DNA from: Patellaria atrata CBS 101060
Lineage: Eukaryota
NCBI GenBank assembly: GCA_010093705.1
Contig: MU006091.1
Location: 1,550,001 to 1,614,000, forward strand
DNA length: 64,000 nt
Direction: 5' to 3'
The notes beneath the pieces were generated by a model. It did no database searches, was not told the DNA's origin, and saw only the letters and a list, made by a program, of their open reading frames with translations. Of this stretch, positions 39,154 to 52,200 are shown piece after piece (positions within the stretch are counted from its first letter, which is position 1; every line of letters starts with the position of its first letter). The translations under genes and the position numbers were made by a program.

Positions 39154-39270
39154 TTACTCCCCATAGAAACACTTATCCAGCGTTCTACTGGGAGTACCCT
39201 TGCGGGTACGATCCCAAAACCACACTTCGATACGGTATTTGAGCTTCCTAAACGCGCGTCTGAGGCCCAT
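39154..39270 (-). CDS. Candidate 38-aa basic microprotein MGLRRAFRKLKYRIEVWFWDRTRKGTPSRTLDKCFYGE
   Basis: ACAATGG start context, an apparent 5'-UTR intron (gtaagt at about 39382 to cag at about 39280) and a CT/CA-rich leader at about 39400-39500. Confidence 0.45.
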   Translation of the reverse strand: MGLRRAFRKLKYRIEVWFWDRTRKGTPSRTLDKCFYGE

Positions 39271-42200
39271 TGTTGCGGCCTGATTGTAGGGGATGCTTTG
39301 GATTACGCACAAGAGTAAGCTTTTGTCCTCTAATCCACAGTATCGGTTGCAGAATGTCTTGTACAGCTACTTGCTCACTTACTGATTGATATGAATGTTT
39401 TTTGTTGGAGAATCTGAGCTTGTTGACAAGCTCTGTGAATGTGATGTGTGTTGTGGTGAGAGGGAGAGAAATGGGTAGGTTTGAGGAATGGTTTGGAGCA
39501 GTCGAAATTTATTCAAACGGATTGATCCTTTACGTCGCTTCAGCAACCCCTTTTGAATTTTCAGTAAGCCTCAGGGTGCCTTTGGTTTCTCCAGTTTAGT
39601 CACGCGCCTCTTACACTCCTATGTTTCAGCTTCAATTCCACTTCGATTTACTTCAGATATATCTATCAGAATATCTGGCTGAATAACACGGACTATCTAC
39701 ATCTTCAGATAGTATTCAGAACCGAAAGTCTATAAGGCATCTTACTTCTTTCATATTATGTAGTTAGGTTACCCTAAACCTAGAGATTGCATATAGCTCT
39801 TCAATTCTTGAGCTGGCTCACCTTACCCTACTACTCATACCTTGCTTAACTCCCTTTCACAAAGGAACTCAAGACTTCAATATTTTATTTACAGCTATTT
39901 CAGACCAAACATCCTACTAGGGTGTACTGCGGACGTCTTCCATGGCTCTTCGATGCACATCTAAGTGTTGGATGACCATGGAAAATCATTATAGAAACCT
40001 CTGTTCTATTAAAAAGTCAGTACTTCTGGCATACTGAACCTGTGTCATGAAATAGCAATTGGATACTGCCAACTATTGCCTCGTAGATGATTCCCGGGCG
40101 TAGGTGAGGGAATCCACAAAGAGCAACTTACGGGTACAATTGATTTGTCCTTCTGACTAACTGAATCAACAGCCGTCCGCCCGCCTCAAAGGCAAGAGCC
40201 CCATGAAAGTTTAGCTCGATTCTCAACTGCAAGCCAAGGTATTCGGCAAACGGGCTAGCTTCGTTATATTTATTTACCTCTACCAACCCTTCCGTTGACG
40301 CGTCTTTGCAATCTTCGAAAACCTCTCAACAACAACTGTAAATTATGATCCACGATGGTGTACTGGAAACTCATAGCTTGAATCGGTGCTTTCATACCTG
40401 AATTTTAAGTCACCTCCGTATTGTGAGTCATGCCTACTGATACTCTCATTCAAAGAACGTCAGCCATCATAATTACTGACACACATCAACCTGGTTGCAA
40501 CTATGGATGAACAGAATCATTTCTTGCCGACGCATGGGCTTTTTCCCTCACTATCTCCGATTACATGGAGACGTTTATGACGCTCAGCACTTGTAGGACA
40601 CCGTAAAGGACGAAGCTTACTACGCATGGTGGTGAACTGGAAGAGTTCTAAATACGAACTAAACCATAAGATGGGCACGAACATGACGCACAACATATGT
40701 ACAACACCTGGAAACACAGACGAGGCCATAGACATGTACATGATAATCAGCACATGTATGACACAGTAAAGGACGAGGCTTACCTGCGTACGGTTATCCC
40801 ACCCTTATGGATCCCGGAATACATTGTAAGTAGTGTGTCAATGTCCTTTTACTATAACACCAACTCTAACAAGAGAACAGTTCTTCATCATTATCTGTGA
40901 CGGTTCCCGAAAAGCGCTAGTGCTGAATTTGAACCCGTCGTCATGGATCTTGGCACGTCTTTGGGACTCATAAAACCAATGGAGAAATTGGAGAAGAGCT
41001 TGGGCTGGATTGGACCTCGTCATCATGGATTGCGATACATATTCGGAGCTCTTGCTTACCACAAAATCAACAGACCACTCACGACGGGGAGAAGAATAAG
41101 TAGGAGATTCCTATCATTGCGGATTTGTGATGTCGAGGGTACCCTCGAGGGAATCCACCAGTGTTCATAGCTAAGTATGGGCAGAAAGTTAACACAACAC
41201 AGTACGAATATTCGTCAACCCACTTCAGCTCTCTACCGATGCATAACGAGTGTTGGCGCTGGACGCCAGCTTTCCCATCACAGGATGATTTGGCTTAGAC
41301 GGACTGTGGTGGGTCACTGAATGTCTATCAGATCAATTGTACTGAGGTTCACGAAGAAACATATAGTCGAAGTGAGGAAAGCCTGAAGTTAAAACAAATA
41401 AAACGGTGTAAAGGTGCTCTTGATAACTAGCTATGTGGCTCGGTGAAGTCTTAAACATTAAAATTAGCCACCTCTGATGCTGCTATGCTCTTTGGGACCG
41501 CAACTCCACAAAACATTGGTACCCGCAGTAATAGCCCGTCAGGAAATACCTCAAGTCACTTTCCATGTCCAGTCATCCACGCTGCTATCCACAATACTCT
41601 ACTGCAAATATTGTTCCCTCCCGTTAATGGATGCTTCCGTAGGTATCAGTCCCATTCTAAGCAACCAAACTGCAAAGCGGGCACTGGAATAACACGACAC
41701 GACTAGATACACAGGGCTGAAAGGCACACTACCTGGCTCAGGAGAACGGACAGTCGCATGCTGGTTTCGACACACGCGGATGAAGTAAATGTCTTACGAT
41801 AGGTATGTGGCCCGACTTTTCCACCATATTCAGTCACAGCATATAAGGTGTAAGTCCCTAGTTCTAAGATGTCCCGTCTGTCCCTGGAAGTTAGTCTTCA
41901 TAGCCGCTAACCCAACATGTTAATTAGTAGGATAAGGAGCAGCATATCAACAGTCCATTGGTGTATTGATTGATCTCGGTCGTGTGGTGATAGTGAAGCG
42001 GATAACTGGAAATGTGGACGGGCTGGTGACGGTCGGGTAGTTAGCACAGCAACAGGATTTGCAATGGAAGTAATGAAAGGAGTATTATTGAAGCTTCCTC
42101 CCTATTTCTTCGGTCAAGGACGCTCTTTCCAAAAGTGCAATTGATTGATATTAATTTTGCTCAGCCCTAAGGCACTCGTGAAATTTGGTGTTCTGACTCC

Positions 42201-45200
42201 TGACTCCTTGCCAGTGATTACGTAAGATAGGGGTAATAGGGGTTGCTCCCTCCCCCTCACACCCACGAAATATTGGTTTCTTATTTTTCTGTTTCTGAAT
42301 TGCGTGCACACTCGTGATGAGGCTTGGGGGAGCACATAAGGTACGGCACAATCAAGTTCAAGGTATCTTCTGCTCACAAACATCCAATAAGTAAGGGGGG
42401 TCGAGACCAGGAAGAGGGAGAATGTTCACTGTAGAGGATTGAGATGAAGAGGGTTTGCGTATTATATCTACTTGTTATTCTCATCTTTGACCCCATCTGA
42501 AGGGTCGCAGTTTGACAGACGGATGCGCTTAGAGAGTGGCAGCTGTCACTCTCTGGGTTGACGCTGGAAAAAACCTTATTGTAACTTCAAGATTCGTATG
42601 ACAACATTCATCGCTACCTCTGTGATAGTAACTCTAGAATACTGTAAGTTGATCACAGCTGTAGATGTGATGGACCAAGTAGTATGAACAGTTCAAAACT
42701 GTGGAAATGCGTGGATCCCGTAGCGCTCATCTCCTACCTGATCTTCTCCGGAATCAAGCCTGATTTCTTGCTAGCTGGCCGCATGGTCAACAAGCAGGGT
42801 TGGGTATTCTATAGAGGTCAGGTGTAAGCTTTAGGTGAATATTCATGCATAGAATGCCATAGAACTCGGAACTCTCTGCCCCGAACTGTCGGTGAGCGCC
42901 TAGGCAGAAGTCTGGGTGTCAACATAAATACCTGCCCCCCCTCGCTCTCTTTTCTCTTTTCTTTTTCCTTCATCAAAGGTTTCCCGTGAGCCAAGTTGAT
43001 TGCCTTGTCGCCGTCCTGGCTCACTTAGGTGTGGAGCTATTCATTCGGGGGGTGTTCCTCTTGTGGTATGTTCATAATAAATGCTCTTCCTACGTGATTT
43101 GTTTGTGATCTGATGAAGACAGATATTGCCATGAATGGTAATGTTCCCAATGATCATCCCTCAAACAATCATGCATCCAACCATTACCCTTCAAACACTC
43201 ACACCATACCTGTCAGATTACACTAGCTATGGTATCATCAACTCAAAATGTATCACTATTATATTTACTAATTCTCACCATCCACACCATCATTCCTTTT
43301 CTCCCTGCAACATCAAAGCAATGAAAGTTTCTAAGCAAAATTCATCAAAGCTAATGTTGTGTAGTCCAAAAGTCACAGGTGTCTTGATCGTCGCGATTGA
43401 TCGCGTAACGCGACCAGTAAAGTCACAGTAAGGTGCCGGCAAGGAGTACATCTGAGTCTGCACATTTCACAACATTGTGCCGGGTGGAAACAATTCTTCA
43501 GAAAGCATATGAGCATTTAGTCACATCAAGGTGCGGGTAAGGAGTACATGGAAACATTCTTGAGTAACTCAACTTTCTCTTACCTGCCCAGGAGAAGACA
43601 CTAACATTCGTGATCAAAGAGCACAAAGTTTTGGTCACGGTAGCACACTCGTTCCAAAGCTCACCTATGTTCTCGTTGTTGCCATTGATCACGCAAGACG
43701 CCTGGTTCAGTCAGCAAAGTGCGGTATCTGTTCGGCCATCTGCATATTTTACAAAAAGTTCCCTAGTGTAAAAGCCCGACTTCGCCGCACGCTAGAAGTC
43801 TTAAAAAGGATATCTCTTCATAGTACGCTATCGATCTCCGGGATCAAATGTGTTTTCCGCACCCATACCACGAACCAACGACAACATAGCGAACAAGACG
43901 ATCACATATCGAAATGATGATACTTCTCGCATATTTGTTCATCCTTTAAGTGTACTTGACTAGTCGAGTCCCGGACCGATCAAACAAGTATTGTAAAGAT
44001 GTTGAGCTGATGGTAATGATATAACGTGGTGATTGGCTTAAGTTCTCGCCGTCTTCTTCACCACATTCGCCACACTATCAGGGAATCAGAATCATTACTC
44101 AAGACCAAGAAAGCTAATATGTTACATTGAGTTATTACACGGTACCAAACGCTGGAATTTCTCACACCTACACTTCTTCAGCACCAACCTTCTGATGTCG
44201 GCGGTGAATTGTGTTGTCTAGAACAATATCATGTTGTCTTCAGTGTAACAGTAGAACATACAAGTGGTTTCTTTTCATGAAGCCGCGTCGCCTCTACCCC
44301 ACCTTTTCCAAGTCTATTTTTGTCAGTTACAAGTGCATAGTCTGACAATCCACACTCATCGTTCATAATCTTCATCACTGTGACCAACGTTATAGCAACA
44401 TACTGTTGGAATTGCGAGTGGGTTCATAGATATTTGAGACGGTTGAAAAGACATGGTTCAAGCTAGCACAAGCACACAGCTCAGACAATAGACAATAAAC
44501 GAACGTTGCGTCCCCTTTTTTCTAGTATTTCAACTCAGGAGCCTTGTGTGATCAAACATATATATTGCGTACCTCTTGATCTCCATAAGTCCTCCGGTTT
44601 TCTTTTATATGCAAATTCTCAGAAAGGTCCAATTCGAGTACCACCCGAGTACCATTTTCATACGTTACCATGCTCCTACCCTTTAGGAACCTTTACTAAT
44701 ACTAATAATTGTCGTTGTAACTATGATCATCCAGCAACGCATCGTAGCTATTAGTGCCGACATCAAATTCTTATGGTAGCTAATATCCTCTCTAAAACAA
44801 TGAGTTGACATCCATTCCGAATTTCCGGGGAGGAGACAGAAGTATGATTCGAGAAGCACAGCGATCTAGCCTCAAAAAAATTCTACAATTGAATTACACT
44901 GGATACACTCCACTCGTGATATTTCTGGGTTACAGTCTAACAACTGTAAGTAGGGATGGATTCTGGAAAGGAGAAGTGACGAGGACGAGGAGTAATAGAA
45001 ATATTTCTTCGTTATGAGCTGAACCAACGAAGTTGCTCGGTCTACCGGCACACATCTTTGACATATGAGTGAAAAAAAAGATATTGCATTCGACTAGAGA
45101 TATCTTTATAAGCGGGAGGATATGGAGGACTAGTTACTATCTAAGAGCAAGCTGGTCTTATATTTCAGCACAACTTCTCCTTCTCACCTACTCCCTTTCT

Positions 45201-45789
45201 CATTGTATTTTCTCATTCTTTTTTTTTTCTCTCCGCATAAGATCCCCAAACTTTGGATTTTGACTCCGATTTGCTGTTGCTTATCGCGGTTTTCATGACT
45301 TCTTTGTCCTCTGGCATTGGCGTTCTCCACATCATGTAGTAGTTCCAGTGGTGAGGATATGGTCGATAGTGATACAGGTGACGAATATTGTCCTCATCAT
45401 AAACTAGTGAAAGAGTTTTGATAGCTCTAGAGTACACCCCCAATTACCTTGTTCTAGCGGACTCTCTCCGTTCGAGGAAGGGTCTCTCAAACACTCTTGA
45501 GAAACAGTTCGTACAAGGAAAGTGGAAGGTGAGAGCCAAAGAAGTAGATTATATACTATTACAAGTATGGTCAACTCAGCCGTGCATCCGGCGAGTTCCC
45601 AGGCTGACAGCATCATCGTGGAAATGCAACTCGACTAGGTGTCTTAATTTTGTGCATGGTCATGCTTCTACTCCGAGACCCTTCCGGTTGATGGAGACCT
45701 TGGTGAACTTGGATAAATATTCGAACGTTTTGCACGGTTTTTGGATTATTAGACTCAAAATGGATATGTACATAAAGGACCAAGTATTA

Positions 45790-47073
45790 CTACAAACCAA
45801 TCGCATTCCGCACAATATTCATGGTAACAGTTGCGCTTTCGCTTGCCTTTTGGGCCCCAGTCTCTGCAGCATCAGCTAGTACCTTTCCCTCGTTCACATT
45901 AATAACCTCGAGGTATCTTTCCCGTATAGGTTCGAGATGCTTCTCAATGCAATCTGTAACCTTCTCCTTAAGGGACTTCATGGAGAAATCTTTCATATCA
46001 TTCGCGAGATCATCACAGGTGACCCCTGGCTCCTCATTGAGATGGACCATTATTGCAACAAGATTGGAAACCCCGGGGCGTTCAACAGGATCATAAGTTA
46101 CACCTATCGTAGAGTCCGTAACCGCACTGCGTATTTTGCTGGAAATGGTATCGCGGGAGTCTGTCAGGAGGATGCGAGAAGTAGGATTCGAGTGGGACTT
46201 GGACATTTTAAGCGTTGGCTGAGTTAAGGACATCACGCGTTTCGCGGGCGCTGCTATTTATCAGCATGTTTGTAAGTATCTCCTCATATGGGAAACTCAC
46301 AAATGATGGTATCAGGTGGAACTAGTACATCTCCGTGGAAGTGATTAAAACTGGCGGCAATTTCTCTGGAGAACTCGAGATGTTGGGCTTGGTCTGCACC
46401 CACCGGAACATGAGTAGCTTGATGCACCAGAATGTCGGCAGCTTGAAGAACGGGATAGGAGAAGAGTCCTAATTTTAATTTTGTCTTGGTGGACGGATCA
46501 AGGGGCGAAGCATTTTCTGGGAGTGATAATTTGCTCTGGGTACAATAAGCACATGGTGATAGTATGAATGGGATATTAAGGGGGAGAAACCTTCCACTGT
46601 GTCATTCGAGAGAGATAACCCATTGACGCATAACAGCTCAATATCCACATTAGCTCTGAGTGGGCGGGGACCTACACGGTCTGTCTCAGTATCACTTTAT
46701 GGTCTAATAACACACGATGCTCTCATACAGATGATTGGTGAAATAAAATTGACCTATTAGGGTCTAGCCCAACCGCTATCAATGTGGCCATCATGTCACG
46801 CCGCAATTTTCTGAGCTGCTCTGGATCTTGCTTCACTGTAATAGCATGGAGATCCACAAGGGAATAGAGCAACCTTGTATCAGGGGCAGCCTCATCCTGC
46901 AACTGGACCCACTGACGAAGAGCACCTAAATAGTTTCCCAGATGGGGAACACCTGTCGGCTGTATACCAGAGAAAATGACCTTCCTTTTAGTTGTAGTAG
47001 AAGTAGTACTATGGTGAATAGAGCTTAGGGAGTGGAAGCGTGCTGCGTGCTTGTATGCATTTCGAAAATACAT
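45790..47073 (-). CDS. MSW1: Mitochondrial tryptophanyl-tRNA synthetase, multi-exon
   Basis: Presequence-like N-terminus, [51 protein letters not shown] and KMSKS. Confidence 0.95.
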
Positions 47074-47483
47074 CTGCCGCACGCCGAAGATCTAGAAGAA
47101 AAGAGAGTAAGGAGACTGATTACTCCGCGTTTCCTATCGTAATCATAATCACGAAAGGGATGAAAGTATAAGGTGTAGGATAGGAGATAGGTATGATATC
47201 TAAATAAAAGTCCCAGTCGAGGTTTCGTCTTGGCACTTGACCTTCGTCATCCCGTCTTCCCGGACACTAGGGACGTTCACAGCCACTTGAGACGACGCAT
47301 GCAACGGAGGAATTTCAAACAACAGCCACCACTATTCGAACTTTGAGCTTTCTATTTTCTTGATACCTCATATAATTCGAATCAATTCCTTTTGTTCCTT
47401 TTTTCGCGTCTGATACCTGTGGAACCTTAGACGACAAAGTTATCAAAGGAACACCCCACTAATACTGCCGTTCCTTCGCAAAC

Positions 47484-48381
47484 ATGTCTTGGGAAGGTAA
47501 AGGACGCTCTTTAGATCACTCCAGAATTCGAGATCTGATATAATCATAATGTAGGCTTCAAGAAGCAAGTCAACCGGGCAACGACCCAGGTGATGATGAA
47601 GACGGGTCACGTCGAACGAACCAACGACCGCGACTTCGAAACAGAACTACGGTGAGCACCCTCGTATCCCTATAACCATACTATTTCTAATGGGCCTTGT
47701 AGACGCTACCGCACAATGGAAACCGCAGCAAATAAGCTTCAAGCGGAAGCAAAAGGCTACCTTGACTCCCTACGCGCAATGACAGCGTCCCAAATGCGCA
47801 TCGCCGAGACCATTGACGCCTTCTACGGAGATGCGGGTGCGAAGGACGGAGTTTCGCGCTCCTATAAACAAGCCGTCGCAGATCTAGATGCAGAGACCAT
47901 CAAGGCGCTCGATGGCCCATATCGCACCACCGTCTTAGAGCCCATCTCCAGATTTTGTGCCTACTTCCCCGACGTGAACGCCTGCGTAGAAAAGCGTAAG
48001 AATAAGCAGCTTGACTACGACGCTATGAGAGCGAAGGTCAAGAAACTCACCGAGAAACCTGATAAGGATGTCACGAAGCTACCACGCGCGGAAAAGGAGA
48101 CAGAGATGGCAAAACAGGCTTATGAGGTGCTGAACGAGCAACTCACGACTGAAATCCCGCAACTCATTGATCTTCGCGTTCCTTACCTAGATCCAAGTTT
48201 TGAAGCGCTGGTAAAGATCCAGCTGCGCTTCTGCGCAGAAGCGTATAGTAGGATGGCGCAGGTACAGCAGTATCTGGATGCTGATACGAGGGATCAGTAC
48301 GCGCAAGGCATGTTAGATGAGAGAGTGGAAAAAGTACTGGAGGAGATTAGGGGGTTAAGTATTGCAGGAAGCGTGGTTTAG
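47484..48381 (+). CDS. RVS161: BAR-domain amphiphysin-like protein (Rvs161/Hob3), three exons
   Basis: MSWEGFKKQVNRATTQVMMKTG...LDSLRAMTASQ...LRVPYLDPSFEALVKIQLRFC. Confidence 0.96.
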
Positions 48382-48505
48382 ACTTAGTATGGAGTGTGCA
48401 TATTGATATCATAGAGTTCTCAACCGGAGTTAACGGTTAAAGGGCGGATAGTCACGATGGGCCAAATGTCTGAAGTCAATGAATTATACTTGGTGTACAA
48501 AGCAC

Positions 48506-49569
48506 TCAGTACATGTCTACATCGTCATCGTCATCGTGATGAACTGCCTCGTCGTCGATGGATATCTCTGCCATCTCAGCGTCAACACCCCCAAGCTCGT
48601 CATCATCGTCAGTCTTGATCATCGTCATCGCCGTTGTCTTCATCATCATCATTATCTCCATTATCATCTTCCGAGTCCGAGTCCGGAGACTCCACAACTA
48701 AAAACGCATCCTAAACGGGTCAAACATCCTCACCAGCCCTCCTCCTTGCCCCTTCCCACCCGGGAAACACCAACTCCGCACTCTCCATATTCCCCCCCAC
48801 TCCTCCACAAACGCCCCCAAACACTCTCCCACAGAAAACGACGCGCCAAGACCCAGATCCATGTCCATGGTCTGGAGATCTCGCTCCGAAACCCGCATCC
48901 GGACCTCTCTCTTGTCCTCCGTAATCTGCCGGCCAAACCGACGACCGAAGCGCTCGCTCTCGGCATCCCGCTCCACCCACTTCGCATACAGCCGCGCAAT
49001 GATACGCCGCCAGCAGGACAACTCTGTCAGCGACCGGATGGCGGCGAGCCAGACCTCCCGCGTGGTGTAGATCCCGATGCGGGCGTCGTCCGTGGACTCC
49101 GCTATCGCGGCCGTAAGAAGAGGTTCGCCCCGTACGAAGGCGGTGGTCCAGTCATGAGCGGAGAATAAGGCGGCGATGTCGCGGGTGAACTTGGCTGCGG
49201 GGTTGTGGGCGTATATGGAGACTGAGGGGTCGAAGTCGAGGTAGGTGATTGCACTGTGGACGTCAGGGTGCTGGGAGGGCGAGAGGGTGAAGTTGGCGGT
49301 AATTATGAGGGTGGGAGGGATTTGTTTGCTAGGTAGGTGCGGAGACTAGTGTCGGATTGCGGGATGAGGTGGAGGGTGTGGTATGTTCGCAGTTCGGGCC
49401 TATGTGCATTGTTAGTGGCTTGAGAAGGGGTGTGTACTTTACAGTCGGGTAAGGTAGCGTGATGTTGTTAATGCTGGACAGAGCGGGAAGGAGTCATGAT
49501 GTCAAATGCGCTGGAGTAAAGAATAAGAGGATAGGACATGACTTACGGGAATAGATTTTCAACCGTCAT
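48506..49569 (-). pseudogene. Frameshifted spliced gene of unknown family with an acidic tail
   Basis: Two introns join in frame (MTVENLFP|INNITLPYPTVK|PELRTYH). The frame then shifts at about 49315 (C-run), about 48710 (G-run) and about 48610, ending in a D/E-rich tail. Strong coding-like codon bias. Confidence 0.65.
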
Positions 49570-50025
49570 GTCCGGAGGTAAGAGACTTATGAAGTTCTCA
49601 ACGGCCTTATTCTGCTCGTTATGCGAACTCTCTCCAGTCTTCAGCTGCGGCAGCGGGATTTGTTATGGTTGATGCTGTTGCTGTTGCCAGGGCAACGCGC
49701 TTTGTTCCTGTTGTTGTTGCTGAGCTGCTCTCCGTACAAGAAACTTGCGTACCCGCAACGGTAGACGGCTCTTCTCTCGTAGAATAAAGGTACTGTGAGC
49801 ATGCGAAGGGGGCTGGGAAAGAAAAAAAAAAGCGAAGTGTACGAGGCGCAAGAAGATCTTACATATGTTGCTGCAGCACGTGGTGATGAGCTAGCTAATA
49901 AATCGAAGTTTAAGATGAAACAAAATGGTGAAGTGAAGCATTAACCAATTGCAAGAAGATTTCATTGTATTCTATTACTCCTGCAATGCTGAACGCCTTG
50001 TACATGCTTCCATTTACCTAGTGTT

Positions 50026-51872
50026 TTATGCATCGTCATCACTGCTATCCCTATCGTTCTCATCGTGAAGCCATTTACTCATATATGGTCCTACAAAGTT
50101 AAGGTTAGTATTTTCCACTGAGGATAATAAAGATGTTCGAGCACTCACCATCAAGCCAGTATCCTAGTTTTGCATAATAACTCCTCACACCTACACCACT
50201 AATAACACTAATCTTCTTACTCCCATGCTCAACCCTCGCAATTCTCTCTGCCTCCTCCATCAATAACGTTCCATAACCTTGATGCTGGAACTTCCTCGGA
50301 TCTCTCGCGTGTACTGGAACTGCAGAGCCGTATACATGCAACTCCCTAACTAGGCTCGTTGGCTGACCCGTCAGCTCCTCCCTAAACGTATGTGTAGTAC
50401 TGCACTTCCGCAACCGTAATAGTGCAATCAAGATATCCTGTTTCGGGTCCTCGTAGGCGAGGAAGGTCTCCCAGCCGCCGTTGGCAGTATAGTCACGCCG
50501 CACGAGCTCGACTTGCGACGGTCGGATCTTGTTCTTCACTTCGTTGATGCCGACTTCACGTGTGCGGACGTCGCGACATGTTGTCCCGAAGTCCTTCATT
50601 CGTGCCAGTGCGAGTTCGCGGAGGTTACCGTTTTCCACTCCGGCGGTGACGAGAGGCATGGGGATGTCGCGCTGGACGCGATAGATGCGAGTCCATGGGG
50701 GAACAAGAGCTAGAATACGTGCAACGAGGTCGATAAGAGCGTTAGGTGTATAATTCTTATATCGGCCTGTTCGCCATAACTCATAGAGACCTGTACCTCG
50801 GATCACGAGCGTAGGATAAATCTTAAGGCCATCTGTGCGGAAGGCCGGATTTTCGAAGTATTCACGAAACTGATCGAGATCGCGCTCCATCCCTACGTTA
50901 GGAAGGTCAGGCATCATATGACTGACGACCTTGAAGCCTGCGTCTTTGGCCAGCTTGAAGGTTTCTGCGACGGCGACAACAGTGTGGCCACGGTTAGTAT
51001 CCCGAGCGACGTCCTCATAGAGAGATTGTACACCGATCTCAAGACGGGTACAGCCATATCGAAGCATGGCGCTCAAGTGTTGATCGAGACAGTAATCGGG
51101 ACGTGTTTCGATCGTGATGCCTACACATTTAATATTACTCATTTCGCCAGCCATAACGGCTTCATCTACGTCTTTGGTCTGGTATCCGCTAAGTGCATTA
51201 TGAAGTTGTGAGATAAACTCATTCCTGTAGCTCTCCGGAAGGGACATGAATGTGCCTCCCATTATAATGTACTCGACTTTATCTACGCTATGGCCCAAAG
51301 CTTTTATTTGATCTACTCGCCCTCGAGCTTGCTCGAATGGATCATATCGTGCGCGGATAGCACGCATTGATGTCGGCTCATAGCCCGTATAGGATTGTGT
51401 GGAATACTCGAAATCGGAATCAGGACCACCAGGGCAGTATACGCAAATGTTACCTGTGTATGAAATGTGGGGGCATCGGTGGGGTTTACACATTACAGCT
51501 ACGACAGCAATACCGGAGGAAGTTCCTACCATTTGTTAGACTGGATACATCATTTAAGGGTTAAGACATACGGATGGGCTTCGCTATCAGCTTTGGAAGT
51601 ATGTATTTCTTATAATGCTCTGGTACCGCAGCAATGATAGCAGTCAGTGGCGGTTGCGTACTCAAGTAATGCTTCTTCGCCATCTGACCGCGCAGAGTAT
51701 TCAAATTGATATCTTTCTTTGGCTTGGAGCCATTTATTTGTGCCTCATAGTCTTCTATAAGAGCGCTGGCAACATCAGCGCAGGCGCGCATGTATCTCTC
51801 ATTCTCTGGGGCGAGTTTGACATTTTTTGGCAGTCTTGCTGGCCTGGTCTCTGTTACTGTGGTGGTCGCCAT
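50026..51872 (-). CDS. ELP3: Elongator catalytic subunit (radical SAM plus KAT domain), three exons
   Basis: MCKPHRCPH...[38 protein letters not shown] and ISGVGVR. The last exon reads GPYMSKWL. Confidence 0.97.
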
Positions 51873-52200
51873 GGTTATAAACTAAGGAATACGGGTCGCT
51901 CCAAAATATATTGTACCTTCGACTTGGTCTTCCATGAGGTATTTTGGGAGAGTTAATATGTATCTCGTAGTGGGATGTGAAAGAGCTGCGACATTAATTT
52001 TTTAGATTTTCGTGTCGCGGAGATTCGGGCGGAAGTGAGCCCTCCCAGTCTTCAAGCCACTGCCATGATCTCCCATAGCCCAACTGCAACTTCTCCTCAC
52101 CCTATCCAATAGAGCTCCCAGTTCCATAACACCGATTTCCTCTACTTCCTTCATCTCTTTTCTCGAAGCCTATATTTCTTTGCTCGCAAGTCAAAGCAGA

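Noticed and set aside
48479..49168. 229-aa His/Pro-rich + strand ORF
   Set aside because: Antisense of the frameshifted minus-strand gene and its Asp-rich tail.
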